Assembly: GCA_051294905.1 (NCBI GenBank)
Contig: CM119377.1
Location: forward strand, 13,392,001 to 13,456,000
Direction: 5' to 3'
DNA: 64,000 nt
From: Botryllus schlosseri
Taxonomy: Eukaryota
Position 1 is the first letter of the stretch. The number at the start of each line of letters is the position of its first letter. Shown in pieces: positions 22,471 to 34,400 of this stretch. The translations under genes and the position numbers were made by a program. The notes beneath the pieces are model-generated. The model worked only from the letters and a program-made list of their open reading frames with translations. It searched no databases and was not told the DNA's origin.

Positions 22471-25400
22471 CTGCATTTCCGCAAGTCAGAAAAACCGGTA
22501 AAGTTAATAGTGATTGAAGCGTAAAATGAAAGTTAATGACGATATAAGGATTGGCGTTAGAGTTTAAAAAGCCAGATGCTGAAGTGTCGCATAATCAACT
22601 GTCCACATTCGTTGTGATACTTACAGCAGCGAGTTCCTGCATCGCGGAGAACTGTTGGTATCGCCTCGCCAGCGTGTTAGGACTCCAAGACGAAGGCGAC
22701 TGCGTTTGATTATCCGTAAACGGCACTGGCAGCCCGTTTGCCGTAGCGATCGCAGATACGCGATATTTAGCTTCTGTGTTCTGACTGGGCGGGCTGCTAC
22801 CGCGCGATCGGCTTGGAGAGTCCCGTTGCGCGTATTCGTCGGAATCGTATCCGGGGGATAAGTTCGCGCATTCGGACAACGCTGAAACTGGAATCGCAGC
22901 GTAAAAATACATTCCCGCGAGATGCAACAAACGCGTTTGCGCTTACCGGGTGCTTCGCCTTCGACGGAGTTTACAAAGTTTTGCAAATGAAACTTGGAGA
23001 AGACGTGGTTCCTGTAGTCTTGAGCGGATCCGAAACGCACCTCCGGGCAGAAGTGACAAGAACTTTTTGCCGGACTGGAACAATAAATGGTCGCAATAAT
23101 GGAATTGAACAGAGATGAGTGAGTTAGCGAAAGGAGTATTATGAAAACTGGTAAGCCAATTACTCATTTAGTAGGAATGAAACTGGTGAGTTCTGAAGAC
23201 CTTTCACATACAGTTCTACTCAGAGCGGGTCAATAACGGCGCACTACTACTTTTTCTGAGTAATCAAATGAATGTTGCGCACTTGCAGTACTTACGGTAT
23301 TGTGTTTATAGACTATTTCCACTTGTACTTGAACGTTTTTTAGACAAAACTACTTCGTTTTTACACTTAGGAAATTTGAAATGAAGCAAATCGTTTTCAG
23401 GCAAGTTTGCATCAATTTTATGAGTGAAATTGTCATAAAACTGCTTGACATAGCCCCCGTATCATAGTATCGAGACATATATTCGATTATTTTGCTTATT
23501 TGTAGTGTCATTGTTCATTTTGTGTGGATCGCTAAGAGCCATCTTACATTTCGAAAGTAGTCATCTCCGATTACTGCTCAAGTATGCGACCCACTATATT
23601 TATAAATTACTTACTGGATTACTTTCCGACCTTTCACTTTCTACGCCAACTCAAGGTAGTTTGGGCATGTATTGAAAATCGCTATTTCTAATTGAGCAGA
23701 AATGTACTGCGTTACTTCTATAACTATTCAATTAATTACTCTAGAATAAGATCGCATGGTGGCGTAATAGAGCCACAGAAAATGCCAACTTAGCACTCCT
23801 ATCCTTTTGGTCCACGCATTGTATGATAACATATTCAGGAATATGATCATCTAAAAGTGAAGCAAATACGACTTCTCATAAATAGGCTGCACCCCAATTG
23901 CAGATTAACACTGATACGCAATAAACACATGTCAAGGGCGAAAACGAGAATATACTTTCTGATCATTAGTAATGATGACAGAATATCTCATAAGATTTAT
24001 GATTCCGAACCCTGATATGCAATCAGCATCGTGAAGTCTCGTTAGCAAAGTACAGTATTCTCACCAGACATGGGGTGATTACTTCATGAATGTAATCGAT
24101 TGCGATTACGATTACTTCTGAATCACGCGATTACGATTACGATTACAGCAAAATCAGGAAGTAGTCGATTACGATTACGATTACAGCAAAATCAGGAAGT
24201 AGTCGATTACGATTACGATTACATTGGAAAAGTAATCACGATTACTCACGATTACATTTATTTTGCATGGTAGTAGTTATATTGGAAGACAATACATGGA
24301 TTGCGCTGAAAAGGCCTAATGATATAACAGCTGTCTTTACAAAAGATGGGACATTTCTCTGTTACGTCATAATGTACCCATTGCCCATTTTATAGAGGAC
24401 GATTTATCCCACACAACGTTTTGCATTCTTGCCAGGTCCATAACTGACGCACCCCAAATTCCCCAATAGGGTGTGGAGAGTGGTTGGGGAGGGTACTCAA
24501 AAGTATTTCGTAAACCAACATAATTATAAGAGTATGTTCGATAGATTTCATTAACTTGGAAATTCTCTTTGAGCGATTTAAATGTCTCTAGATAGCTTGA
24601 TTTGAAAATGCATACGTCTCCCCCTCAAGAAATAAGGCTTGTATAATTCATAGTAATAGGCATTTCGGTGCCAGTCAATACCGCTCCTCGACACATCAAA
24701 AGACATGTGCAGTTTCGGCCAACATGAGACTCCACGAAGTGTGCTACTAAAGAAAGACATTGGCCGAAACTTAGATAATGTGTTCATTGTCAATAGCCGG
24801 GCTGGGTGGGCGTCACTAACAGTTTATTTCTTTCAATCTGAGCCCACCATGTAAATGCCACCCGGGCACCCACAGAGGATTAGACATGAAAATTTGTGCG
24901 TGCGTCTCACGCAAGTTTGTCTTTTATTCTGCTATGTTTGGGCCACTACAATCAATATCTTTTGGCTATATAACAGACCGGAGGTCACGAATTAACAACA
25001 TACAATAAAGTAATTATTTCAAGATACCAGATGTTATAATTATGAATTAAGCGCCCCCTGCTCTTCAAGTAAATCTGGCCCTCGGGCGCTGAGATCGAAT
25101 TAAAAACGCAATAAAATGCAATTACCAATATTATTGATTAAATTCAATCTTCAACTTCAAAATTGACTACTCTATGGGAGCACAAGACCAATGTTTGGGT
25201 CAAAATTTCAAACCTTTGTCTGGTGTACGTTCGTACCATATAGGCCTACTGCTCGCCAAGCAGCACGGTTAAACTGCAATTAACTATAGAATTAGAACTA
25301 TTACATTCAATAGTTTAACTAAGCAGACCCGAACATCAACACAAAAGTTGCTATTTGAACTTAGGCTGAGAGGTGATTAATTATCCTGTTGCTAAGTAGT

Positions 25401-28400
25401 GGTGTTTGAAATGTATTGATAACCCGATATACACCCCGGTGGGTTTTCTTACAATCACACTAATGTACATCGAATATCTATTTACTATGTGTGGACTTGG
25501 ACACTTCCTACGCAAAGACGAGCAAAACTAATAGGCTATCTCTGACGTAATAATGACCAGTGGCATTTCAAATCAGACGTTTACGCTCTGAATAACTGGT
25601 ATAATATCTCTTCCTTGTTCACGAGTGTTCAGTTTATGTCACAGTCCTTGTACGAATAAAAAGTAATCGTTCTTTCACAAAGAAATCGATTAAATATGGG
25701 AAGTAGTCGATTACGATTACGATTACTTCGGGATTTTTTCGAATGTAATCGATTGCGATTACGATTACTTGAAAATGCTGTAATCGTCGTAATCGATTAC
25801 GATTACTAATCGCGATTACCCCATGTCTGATTCTCACATCATGAGAACGCAATTCCGCTCACTTTTGAGTATTATAAGCAAGACAAAGGAATTACCTGTT
25901 AGGTTGTTCCGGCGGTATGTCCCCTTGTCTAGCCTTCTTTTCTTTCGCCCTCGCGTTTTGGAACCAAACCTGCGAGGCACAAGAATTTGAAATCCGGTAT
26001 ATAGGCGAGAAAACGCAAAAAATTACCTGAATGACTCTTTTCGGCAGTCCAATATGCTCGCCCAGAATTTCGCACTCGAGTAAGGTCGGTGTCTTGTATT
26101 GCGAGAAACAGTGCTTCAATGCGTTTACTTGCAGTGCTGTCATTTGCGTGCGGTAGCGTTTTGACGGTACCATAAAAGAATTTGTGGCGCTACCCATCGA
26201 TTCTGAACAAGAATTGTGGAAACGTCAGTCGGTATATTCGAATAGAAAAAGATCACATATGGTGCTCAATCCCAGCCTCTAACGATTTCTATCACTACGA
26301 ACAAGCTATGACCTAGCTTTGTCTAAAAAAACCGAAAACTGTCAAGTAGAGGTAGTGGTCGTATAAAATTACAACCCCTAGCAATCCGAGTAGGCAGGAC
26401 CTACTTGAGTACTCCGAAAAAATGGAAGTATTCCGTTACTGACCACCTCTGGACGAATATTGGGGCACGAACAGACAACTTCAGCTACCATCTCCGCTAA
26501 TTTTACTATGGATTTGATATTTGATTGCAAACAAATCAAAACTGCGAATCATCTCACCCTCCACCACTTCTACATCACCAATCATTATGGCTAACCGAGC
26601 ACAGCTTACCGGGCGATGAGACAGCGGGCGGCGACACGCCGCGGTACTCCGCCGTCGTATTGAAAATGGAACTGGTCGACGAGACCGACGGCTCCCGTCG
26701 GTGCTGGTTGCTCATCGCCACCTTGGTGCCGAAGATTTGTTCCGTCACGGCCTTGTAGATTTCGGCCGTTCTCTGGGAAAAATCGCCGCTCGCGTTAGAT
26801 GCGACTGGTTTGAATTGGTCCGAGTCGTTCGATTCCTTTCTCCGCTTCGCGTCAGGCTCGCCGTTTGAAGATTCGTAGACATCGCCGTGCTCCGAGGAGC
26901 CAGTGGACTGAGATGCTGTATAGAGAATTTAAATTTACGTCAAGTATGCCGGCGACTACAATGAGACGAAAAATTATTGATCCTGTGATCGCGATGTCTT
27001 AAAAATTGTGACGTCTCACTTATTTATATACTTGGAGGTCGCTACTACGATTACTACTTTGACCACATCTGATTCGAAGTTGTCAAGGTATTCCTATGTC
27101 CGCCTCGAGTGCTAGACGCCTTTCAAAGCACCCGTCATTAGTTCGATTGTTCCATAATATCATTATCTTCCTTTACCATACTATATACAAGTGCAATAGT
27201 TTCTTTAGTACAATTACTCTTATTATCTTGATTAGGCGAACTAATGGTGCTCCATAAGACGAATCATTCCGAGTTGTCAAATCGGGTGCACCCGAGCAAA
27301 AATTCTCAAAACCACACGGACTGTACTCGAAATAGATCAAATACCAGACGTGTGGTCTGTCGAAATTGCGTGATAGCATGTTCGATCACGCATTGACTCA
27401 GCCTTTCCCGCGAAATAAAATGGCTGATGCTATGAGCGCATTATGCAAGCACTTGTAAAGTTCTGCAGATACGTAAACACGACACAAAGCCACAATAATC
27501 TATGTCTACAGTCGCGCTATTTTTGCATTACGGACGAATTCAAAATAAACGCAAGTCAAAACATTTCCTAAAGGCCATCAAGATGATCACTGGACAGATT
27601 AAGCGACACCATTGTTTCAATCGTTTTAATTGACTCAAAGAGTGATTATTTCCACCTCTGGATTCCTGTTGTCTCTCAATACAATTTTCGCGATTCATAA
27701 ATCACAACTGCAGTCCGTTGATTACACACAACATATTTCATAGCGCTATCCGAATATTTTGATGCGTGTTTACTGTTTACACCATACAAATTAAAGTCTG
27801 GAATTTTCGGCCGTCTGTTCCATCATCGTGTTTACGGACGCTTCAATACAAAACGTAATACTCTTCGAACTATGACACACGTGAGAGGTTCATTCGACCT
27901 ACGAAGGCGACATTGTCATACAGAAATACCAGGTATGGGCATCAATCATTTCCATTAGAGATATGAATTTTGACGGTGTTCATAAAACGCAGTATGGTCA
28001 GGTCTAAATATAACTTTATTTATAACTCATAACTGCCCTAATGATTGGACCGCATCCATTTACGAAATTCGCATCGATTGCAAAATGATGTTACCATATC
28101 GGCGCGGTATTTTGAATAATCCAACTGTAATTTGACGCATGCGAACGAATAATCAGCCGGATCGCTTACCTAAGTCTTTTTCCATGGAGTGCTTAGCGAA
28201 TATGTCCTTGTAATCAATATCTTTTTCTTGAGAAGGGCGTGAATCATCGCGAGATGTCGAAGAAATCGAGGGAAAGGTCGCGCTGAGAAATGAAATGCAA
28301 AGTTATTACACAGTCCCGTTAACATTGCATTATAAAACTGAATGTACTATACTGATATAACAAGTGTCTCTCTACGGCCAACAAACAGAAAGGCATATAT

Positions 28401-31400
28401 AAACAACTAACACGCGTATGTACGCGATGACAAATGCCATGTTAAAGTTGCTACATATGCTACATAGATTAGCGACAACAATAATATTAAAATAACTTCA
28501 ACTAGGACGCAACGTAATTCTTGAGAAATCTCCGCCATATCAAATTTATAGTCACATCGATGTTAGTATCATTAGTATCACTTACCCAGGAGATATTTGC
28601 TTCGACTGACTCATAGCTATCGAAGTAGATGACGGAGATTGCATGTGTCGGTACCGAACGTGTGCGTCCAAATCCGCTTTGGTCCGGAAGGTCACTCGAC
28701 AGTGGGGGCAGGTTTGTGGCATGCCAAGCACGGCTGTGATTCGTCCGACGGATCGAAATTGACCTTTTCGTTCCCTAGCTCGCGTGTTTTGAAACCAAAC
28801 CTGGAGGAGAAAGTACCGCGTTGATGGCGGTGTGAAAGAGTACGCGAATACTTGAATTTGATATGTTGGTGTAGCCAAATTCTCAATTGTATAGGACCAG
28901 TTATCAGTAGAGTTTGTCAAAGTAGTAACCGTAGATACTCAATTAAAGTAGAAGTGACGATCTCAAAGACATCTTAAAAGTACTGCAAATGAAAATAGAA
29001 TCAGTAGAGTTGGTCGAAGTAGTAATCGTAGATACTCGATTAAAGTAGAAGTGACGATCTCAAAGACATCTTAAAAGTACTTCAAATGAAAATAGAATAT
29101 GGACATTTTAACTGTACTCCCGTAAGTAGTTTCGATAAGTAGATTTCGTCGAGACGAAACATACTTTTAGTAGCCGATTGAAGGTGGCTACTTTCAAAAG
29201 TAAGTAGTGAGTATGTAGTACAAGTAGGGATAATGTACGGGAATGCACAAAAAAAAAATAGGAGTACTTCGTGACTGACCATCTCCGGCAATCAGTACCA
29301 TAATTATTATTTCTCTGCGTATTTTTCTATATATATCGTGGATGTTCGATAGACCGCCTGTTCACGTCTATCTGTTGTCGGAGATGGAGAGATTGTATAT
29401 TACTTTCTGCTTATGGGAGGAAATATATTCTTCATATATGGCTACGGTTCTACCTGAACTACTCGCTTTTTCAACCCCACGATGTCCGAAATCTGTTCTA
29501 TAACCTTCCTGCTGGGACTCGAGTCGACCAGATACTGTTGATACAAAAACTCGAGCTGTTCCGGAGTAATCGTAGTTCGCAGGCGCTTGGGGTCTTTGTT
29601 GGGCTCGCTCATACCTAAACGCAGATAAATTATCATTACAAACACGAACTACATTCGATACAAAATTACCAGATATACCTTTCCGTTTGAACCCGGACAG
29701 TGCCCTGTTTCCCATCGCGTCAGCCAGAGATCCCGGGGACATCTGATTGTTTTGCGCGGGCATCGCTTGCTTCTTTAGAAAATCCCCATGCGCGAGAAAC
29801 GGAGACGATGCATGCGATGACGTCACGGATTTGACGTCATAACCAGAGTTTTCGTATTTCATCATGTCGTGCATTCCGAAACGGCTTATGATGTCGTTCA
29901 GCGAATGCGGCGTACTTGTCGCGGCTTTTGTCCCGATTAAGTTCGATTCGGACTTTACTGGGATATTTTCTGATTTTACCGGGACATTTTCAGTACTTCC
30001 AGCGGAAGATTCACCTTCGCTGTTTTGTGGGGGCGGATTGTTTGAAGTTCTGTCCACGAGGCGCTTTTCGTGGTCGCGCGACGATTCTGCGTAATCGGAT
30101 TTGCCACGTCTATCGGCCGAGGGCAAGTCGGCCGCTCTGAAATTTTCGTTGGAGACATCGCGTGTTACGTTGAAGTTTTTCGAAGCCGCGTGAAGATCGA
30201 GTGACAAGGTGAGTTTGTTACCGTTCGGAGACTGCGGCGACAAGTTCCTCTTTCTAGAGACAGTGCTGAAAGAAGAAACGTTAGACGGCGCGTGTTGGCT
30301 GATAGGGCCGTGCGTCATCTCGTAGCTTTTCCTCGCTTTCTGTCGAGCGTTCTGAAACCACACCACGATCACACGGGTGCTCAATTCCAACATCCTCGAC
30401 AATCTGTCCAGGTCTTCGTCCTTCGGGTAGGCGTTCTTGTCGAAAAAGTCCTGCAGGACTTTCAACTGATAGTCGCTGAAACGGGTCCTCGGTGTGCGTC
30501 TGGTAATGGAGTTCATGGCGGCGCTTGAAGCGTTTGAGTACGGGTAGTCGTTGGACATGTGCGATACGGACCGATTGAACAGGTAATGAGACTGTTCGCT
30601 GTGCGAGTAATCGTCTTCCGACCCGGAGGCTATAGCCAGCGACGGTGGAATCTGCAATGAAGACGAGCTCTCGCTTTTCGTTCGGGTCAGTTTCGCCATG
30701 TAAGCCATCGGGTTAGAGTAGAATTTATGCTGAGCTTCTGCTATTTTCGTCGGATTACAACCCAACGACTTTAATATCTGCAAGGCCTCGTTCTGTGCGC
30801 CGTTGGAACTGGCTGCGTCGCTGCTCATGCTTCTGGCATTCTTTTCGGGTTCGTCTCTTCCTTGATCGCGCAACTTGTCAGCGTCTCGCCGAGGCGGAAA
30901 ATCTATGCTGTCGTTCGTCTCTTCCGGAGACTCCGGACCGCCTTTCGGCGAGTCCGATTGGGACAGTTGAAAGTCGGGGTTGACGTCATCGAGCGATGTC
31001 ATAGGTGGGATGTTGAAGTTGTAAGGCGAGTCTTTAGATCTTTGGCGCTCTTTGAACAGCGTGTTTCGGAACCAGTGCTTTATCACTTTCGACGGGAGAT
31101 TCGTTTTCAGTGCCATTTCCGCCACCTGTTCCTCGCCGGGAGACGTGTTGATGTCGAAATTCGATCGTAATACTTTTAGTTGATCGTCCGTGATCCTGGT
31201 GCGCGGTCTTTTCGCCGGTATCTCAGTCTGCGATTGGTTCAACTGTGAGTTGGAAGCGTTGCTGTTTTGTTGCTGGGCTCGTAGCAGTTTCGAAGTATCC
31301 GGATCCGGATCCTTACCCGGGACAGACCCGGATCCCGCTTGAGATTGGTAAGCTTGCAGCATGCTAGCGACCGGGTTGGCCATAAACGCCTGCGGTAACG

Positions 31401-34400
31401 ACTCTTGAGACATGCCAGATGCGAGCAGGCTAGCGGCGAAAGCAGACAGCATCTGCTGTTGGGCGTTGTTTTCGGCGAAGTTTGGCGGAAAAGGTAAGCC
31501 GTTACTTCCGCCACCCAACGCCGTGGGGTACATCAGCAGTTGTTGCATTTGCTGCTGTTGCTGGAGGTATCGCATCGCTAGCCATTGATTAACTGCGCTG
31601 TTGCCTGGCATGCGTGGCTGGTGTTGCTGCTGTAACAGTGCCATTACTGCCATCGGATCCATAAAACCAGGGCTAGCCGCGCCTTGCATGGCAGCTCCGT
31701 ACAACTGATCGGCGAGCATGTTCATGATGTTGGGAACGTTTGCTGGATTCATGTTCTTGTTTGATGCCATGGTGGACTGTTGTTGCATAGCCGATTGAGC
31801 CTGGGTATTCATTAGAAACTGTAAAAGCATTTGCTGCTGCTGTAACTTCATTTGTTCGTCCACTAATAAACCGGGTCTTTGATTGTGATTTAGCGGCGAT
31901 CCACTCGGAATGTGAGTGGCGAGTCCCGGGTAATTTTTAGCGAAGGCTTGCATCGCGGCCTTCTGGAAATCTTGAGTTCGGTCGCCTGGTGCTATAATCG
32001 ACGGCGGGCCCGATGCGGGCGATATATTCTTTGTAGGTTTGCTGTAAGATGGCGCTTGAGCGCGTTGTTCATCCGTACTGCTAGGAGAAGCGTTAGTGTC
32101 CGTGCGGTAAGTCGGTCCGTTTTCTGCCTCTTGTTTGAGGCATTCCCAATACCAAGATGTGTAGCCTTGTATGAATTCGTTCAGCATTTCAGGCGACATC
32201 TCTTGATTGTGAACCGACTTTTCGTGGACCTTCAATATCCAAGAGTTCGAAAATTCCTTTCCGCACCGGCCGCAAATTAGGTCAGTGACTTGCTTCTGAC
32301 GGCTATCTGACGGCGCTGGTTCGGTGTCACCACCCGCCTGAGGTGCTATTTCCTTTTTCCACTGTTCGGCCTTCTCTTTGTTTTCATCGGATTTGTTTTC
32401 GACGAAATGAGAGACCGCATCAAACCCAACTTCTTGCAGCACGGTCTTGTGGGCTTTTTTACTGATTCCTGGATAAAGAAGACGCCCTCGTTTCCACTTG
32501 TAATCCGATAATAAGGAAAAATCGAAATTCGACGAAGTCGAGCCGATTTTACCTTGATTTTCCCTGTCCGTATTGTCTTGGTTCAAGCCTCCATTACCGC
32601 ATTCAGTATCGTCACCGGTTACGTCATCACCACGTTTGAATTGATGGGTATCTGATCGACACTCGGCTGGCGACCGGCTACCGGTCCTCCGTGATTGCGC
32701 TACGCCATCTTGTTTGCTACCGCTAATGTTTCTACCGGCATGGCGGTCGGAGGTTTTAATATGATTCAGCAAGTCGCTTCTGTTTGTATACGTCTCGTCA
32801 CAGTGGCTAAAAAGTAAGGTGTCGTGGTATGGTATGCCCTTTCTATGCGTCTGGCGTGATATCAGATGCTTACCTGCACGTAAACGGTGGGTTCAGACGA
32901 TCCCACGTGCTTACGAAATTGCTATCGGTCATCACGTCTGCAGCCAGTTCTGAATCGCCGCATATGGACCGCAGCAGCTCGGCCGGATTTTCCCACATAT
33001 CACTTTTGAAAATTGCTGTAAAAGTGGAGACAGTACAGTGAAAAGTGTTCCGCTAGTCTGCAGCAAAACCAACATCCGGTGGAGCGTGCACTTCACAGAA
33101 CGCGAGCACGACATTAATACAAAAGTTAACAGAAGCTAATCTAGATGGGTTTGGCCCAATAAATCAAAATAAGTAGATTGTGTATGTAAATGAGAGCTAC
33201 CAACGTAAACAGTGATGGCAGAAATCGTTATAATTTATGGAACGACATATAATTCCACACACAAGACGACTCGTAATTAGCGTCGAGCTAATGTGTAATG
33301 GCGCTCTAGGCAGATAAATAATCACGAATATTGTTTTGAATTCCATCATGGCCGTACTTTGTCAACAAAATTTAATAGATTGGAATTGCGGCTTGCCTGC
33401 CGATTCCGAGAAAACATCCATCATTTTGTTCATGTCTACCACGACGGTAATGATAGGCATCTAATTGATTTCAAATTCTTCCAATGTTTCGAGGCGTTAG
33501 TTTGTACTGGCTTGACGAGTGATGCTGTCTGGATTTCGGCGTTCAATGCGGTTTAACCTTATCAATGCTCTCAATCTCCCGGTGTGCCAAACTTGGCAGA
33601 TATCGCGAACAGAATCTCTTCACGACCTAGTTACGGAAGGCCAGGCTAAACCGTCTTGGCGTCTTACACCGTTGCTATGGCGAGTAGATTGGGGCGATGC
33701 AATGAGAAGTGGTGCAGTGCTGAAAAATGGCCGATGACACGACTCTTCAAAAGATTTCCCTCCGTTTATATCAGTCATCCACTTATGTTGGGCGACTCGG
33801 GTGTTCTACAGTTACACGAAGAAGTTAACGTTCCCCTCTCGCGTCAAATCAGTGATAAAGCAAAACATAATTTACAAGGAGTGCGTTTAAGTAATTGATT
33901 GACGTCATGTATTCATTTGTAGCATGCATGTCACATGTTCTGTGCCACTGGATCCGTGGTCTGGAATCCGGATTATTGAGCAAACTTAGTGATGCAGAAA
34001 ACAGTTTTAAGATGTGTGTCGAAACTAAAATGTCTCATTCGTTCAGCTACACCGATTTACGTCACAATGTGATTGATGTTCTACAGAAATTATTGAGCTT
34101 AAATTGCAGTGCAGTAGTTTTAACAATTTCATAATCTCCGAACTTTCCAATAACGCTCAATTGGAATTAATCCATGCATTGAAGCACGTCAACTAATATA
34201 CAACGAATTTTTGCATTATACCTATCTATCCAGGTAACTAATCATTCGTGATCAACTTTAAATTACACTAAGTTATTTCGCGATTTCACTGTAGCAACGC
34301 TGTAATATAATTATTCATAAACAATGAATAAATTTACACGATAGTTATATGAGTTCTTTGTCTGTGACGATGTGCAAGTGAACACACATTAGGTTTGGCG

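Noticed and set aside
24080-24260. Regular GATTAC repeats with a duplicated 32-bp unit, superficially CRISPR-like
   Set aside because: These are subterminal arrays of a TSD-bounded hAT element in a eukaryotic intron; there are no unique spacers or cas genes.
30292-32280. Plus-strand ORFs antisense to ZFHX exon 19 (and 3000-4013 antisense to the BARD1 linker exon)
   Set aside because: Shadow ORFs of GC-rich coding sequence; no independent splice or homology support.
33350-33830. Several AG..GT bounded frames in ZFHX intron 17 (e.g. [23 protein letters not shown])
   Set aside because: Exon 17 (phase 1) joins exon 18 (phase 1) directly; the candidates are phase-incompatible or contain stops and show no ZFHX similarity.
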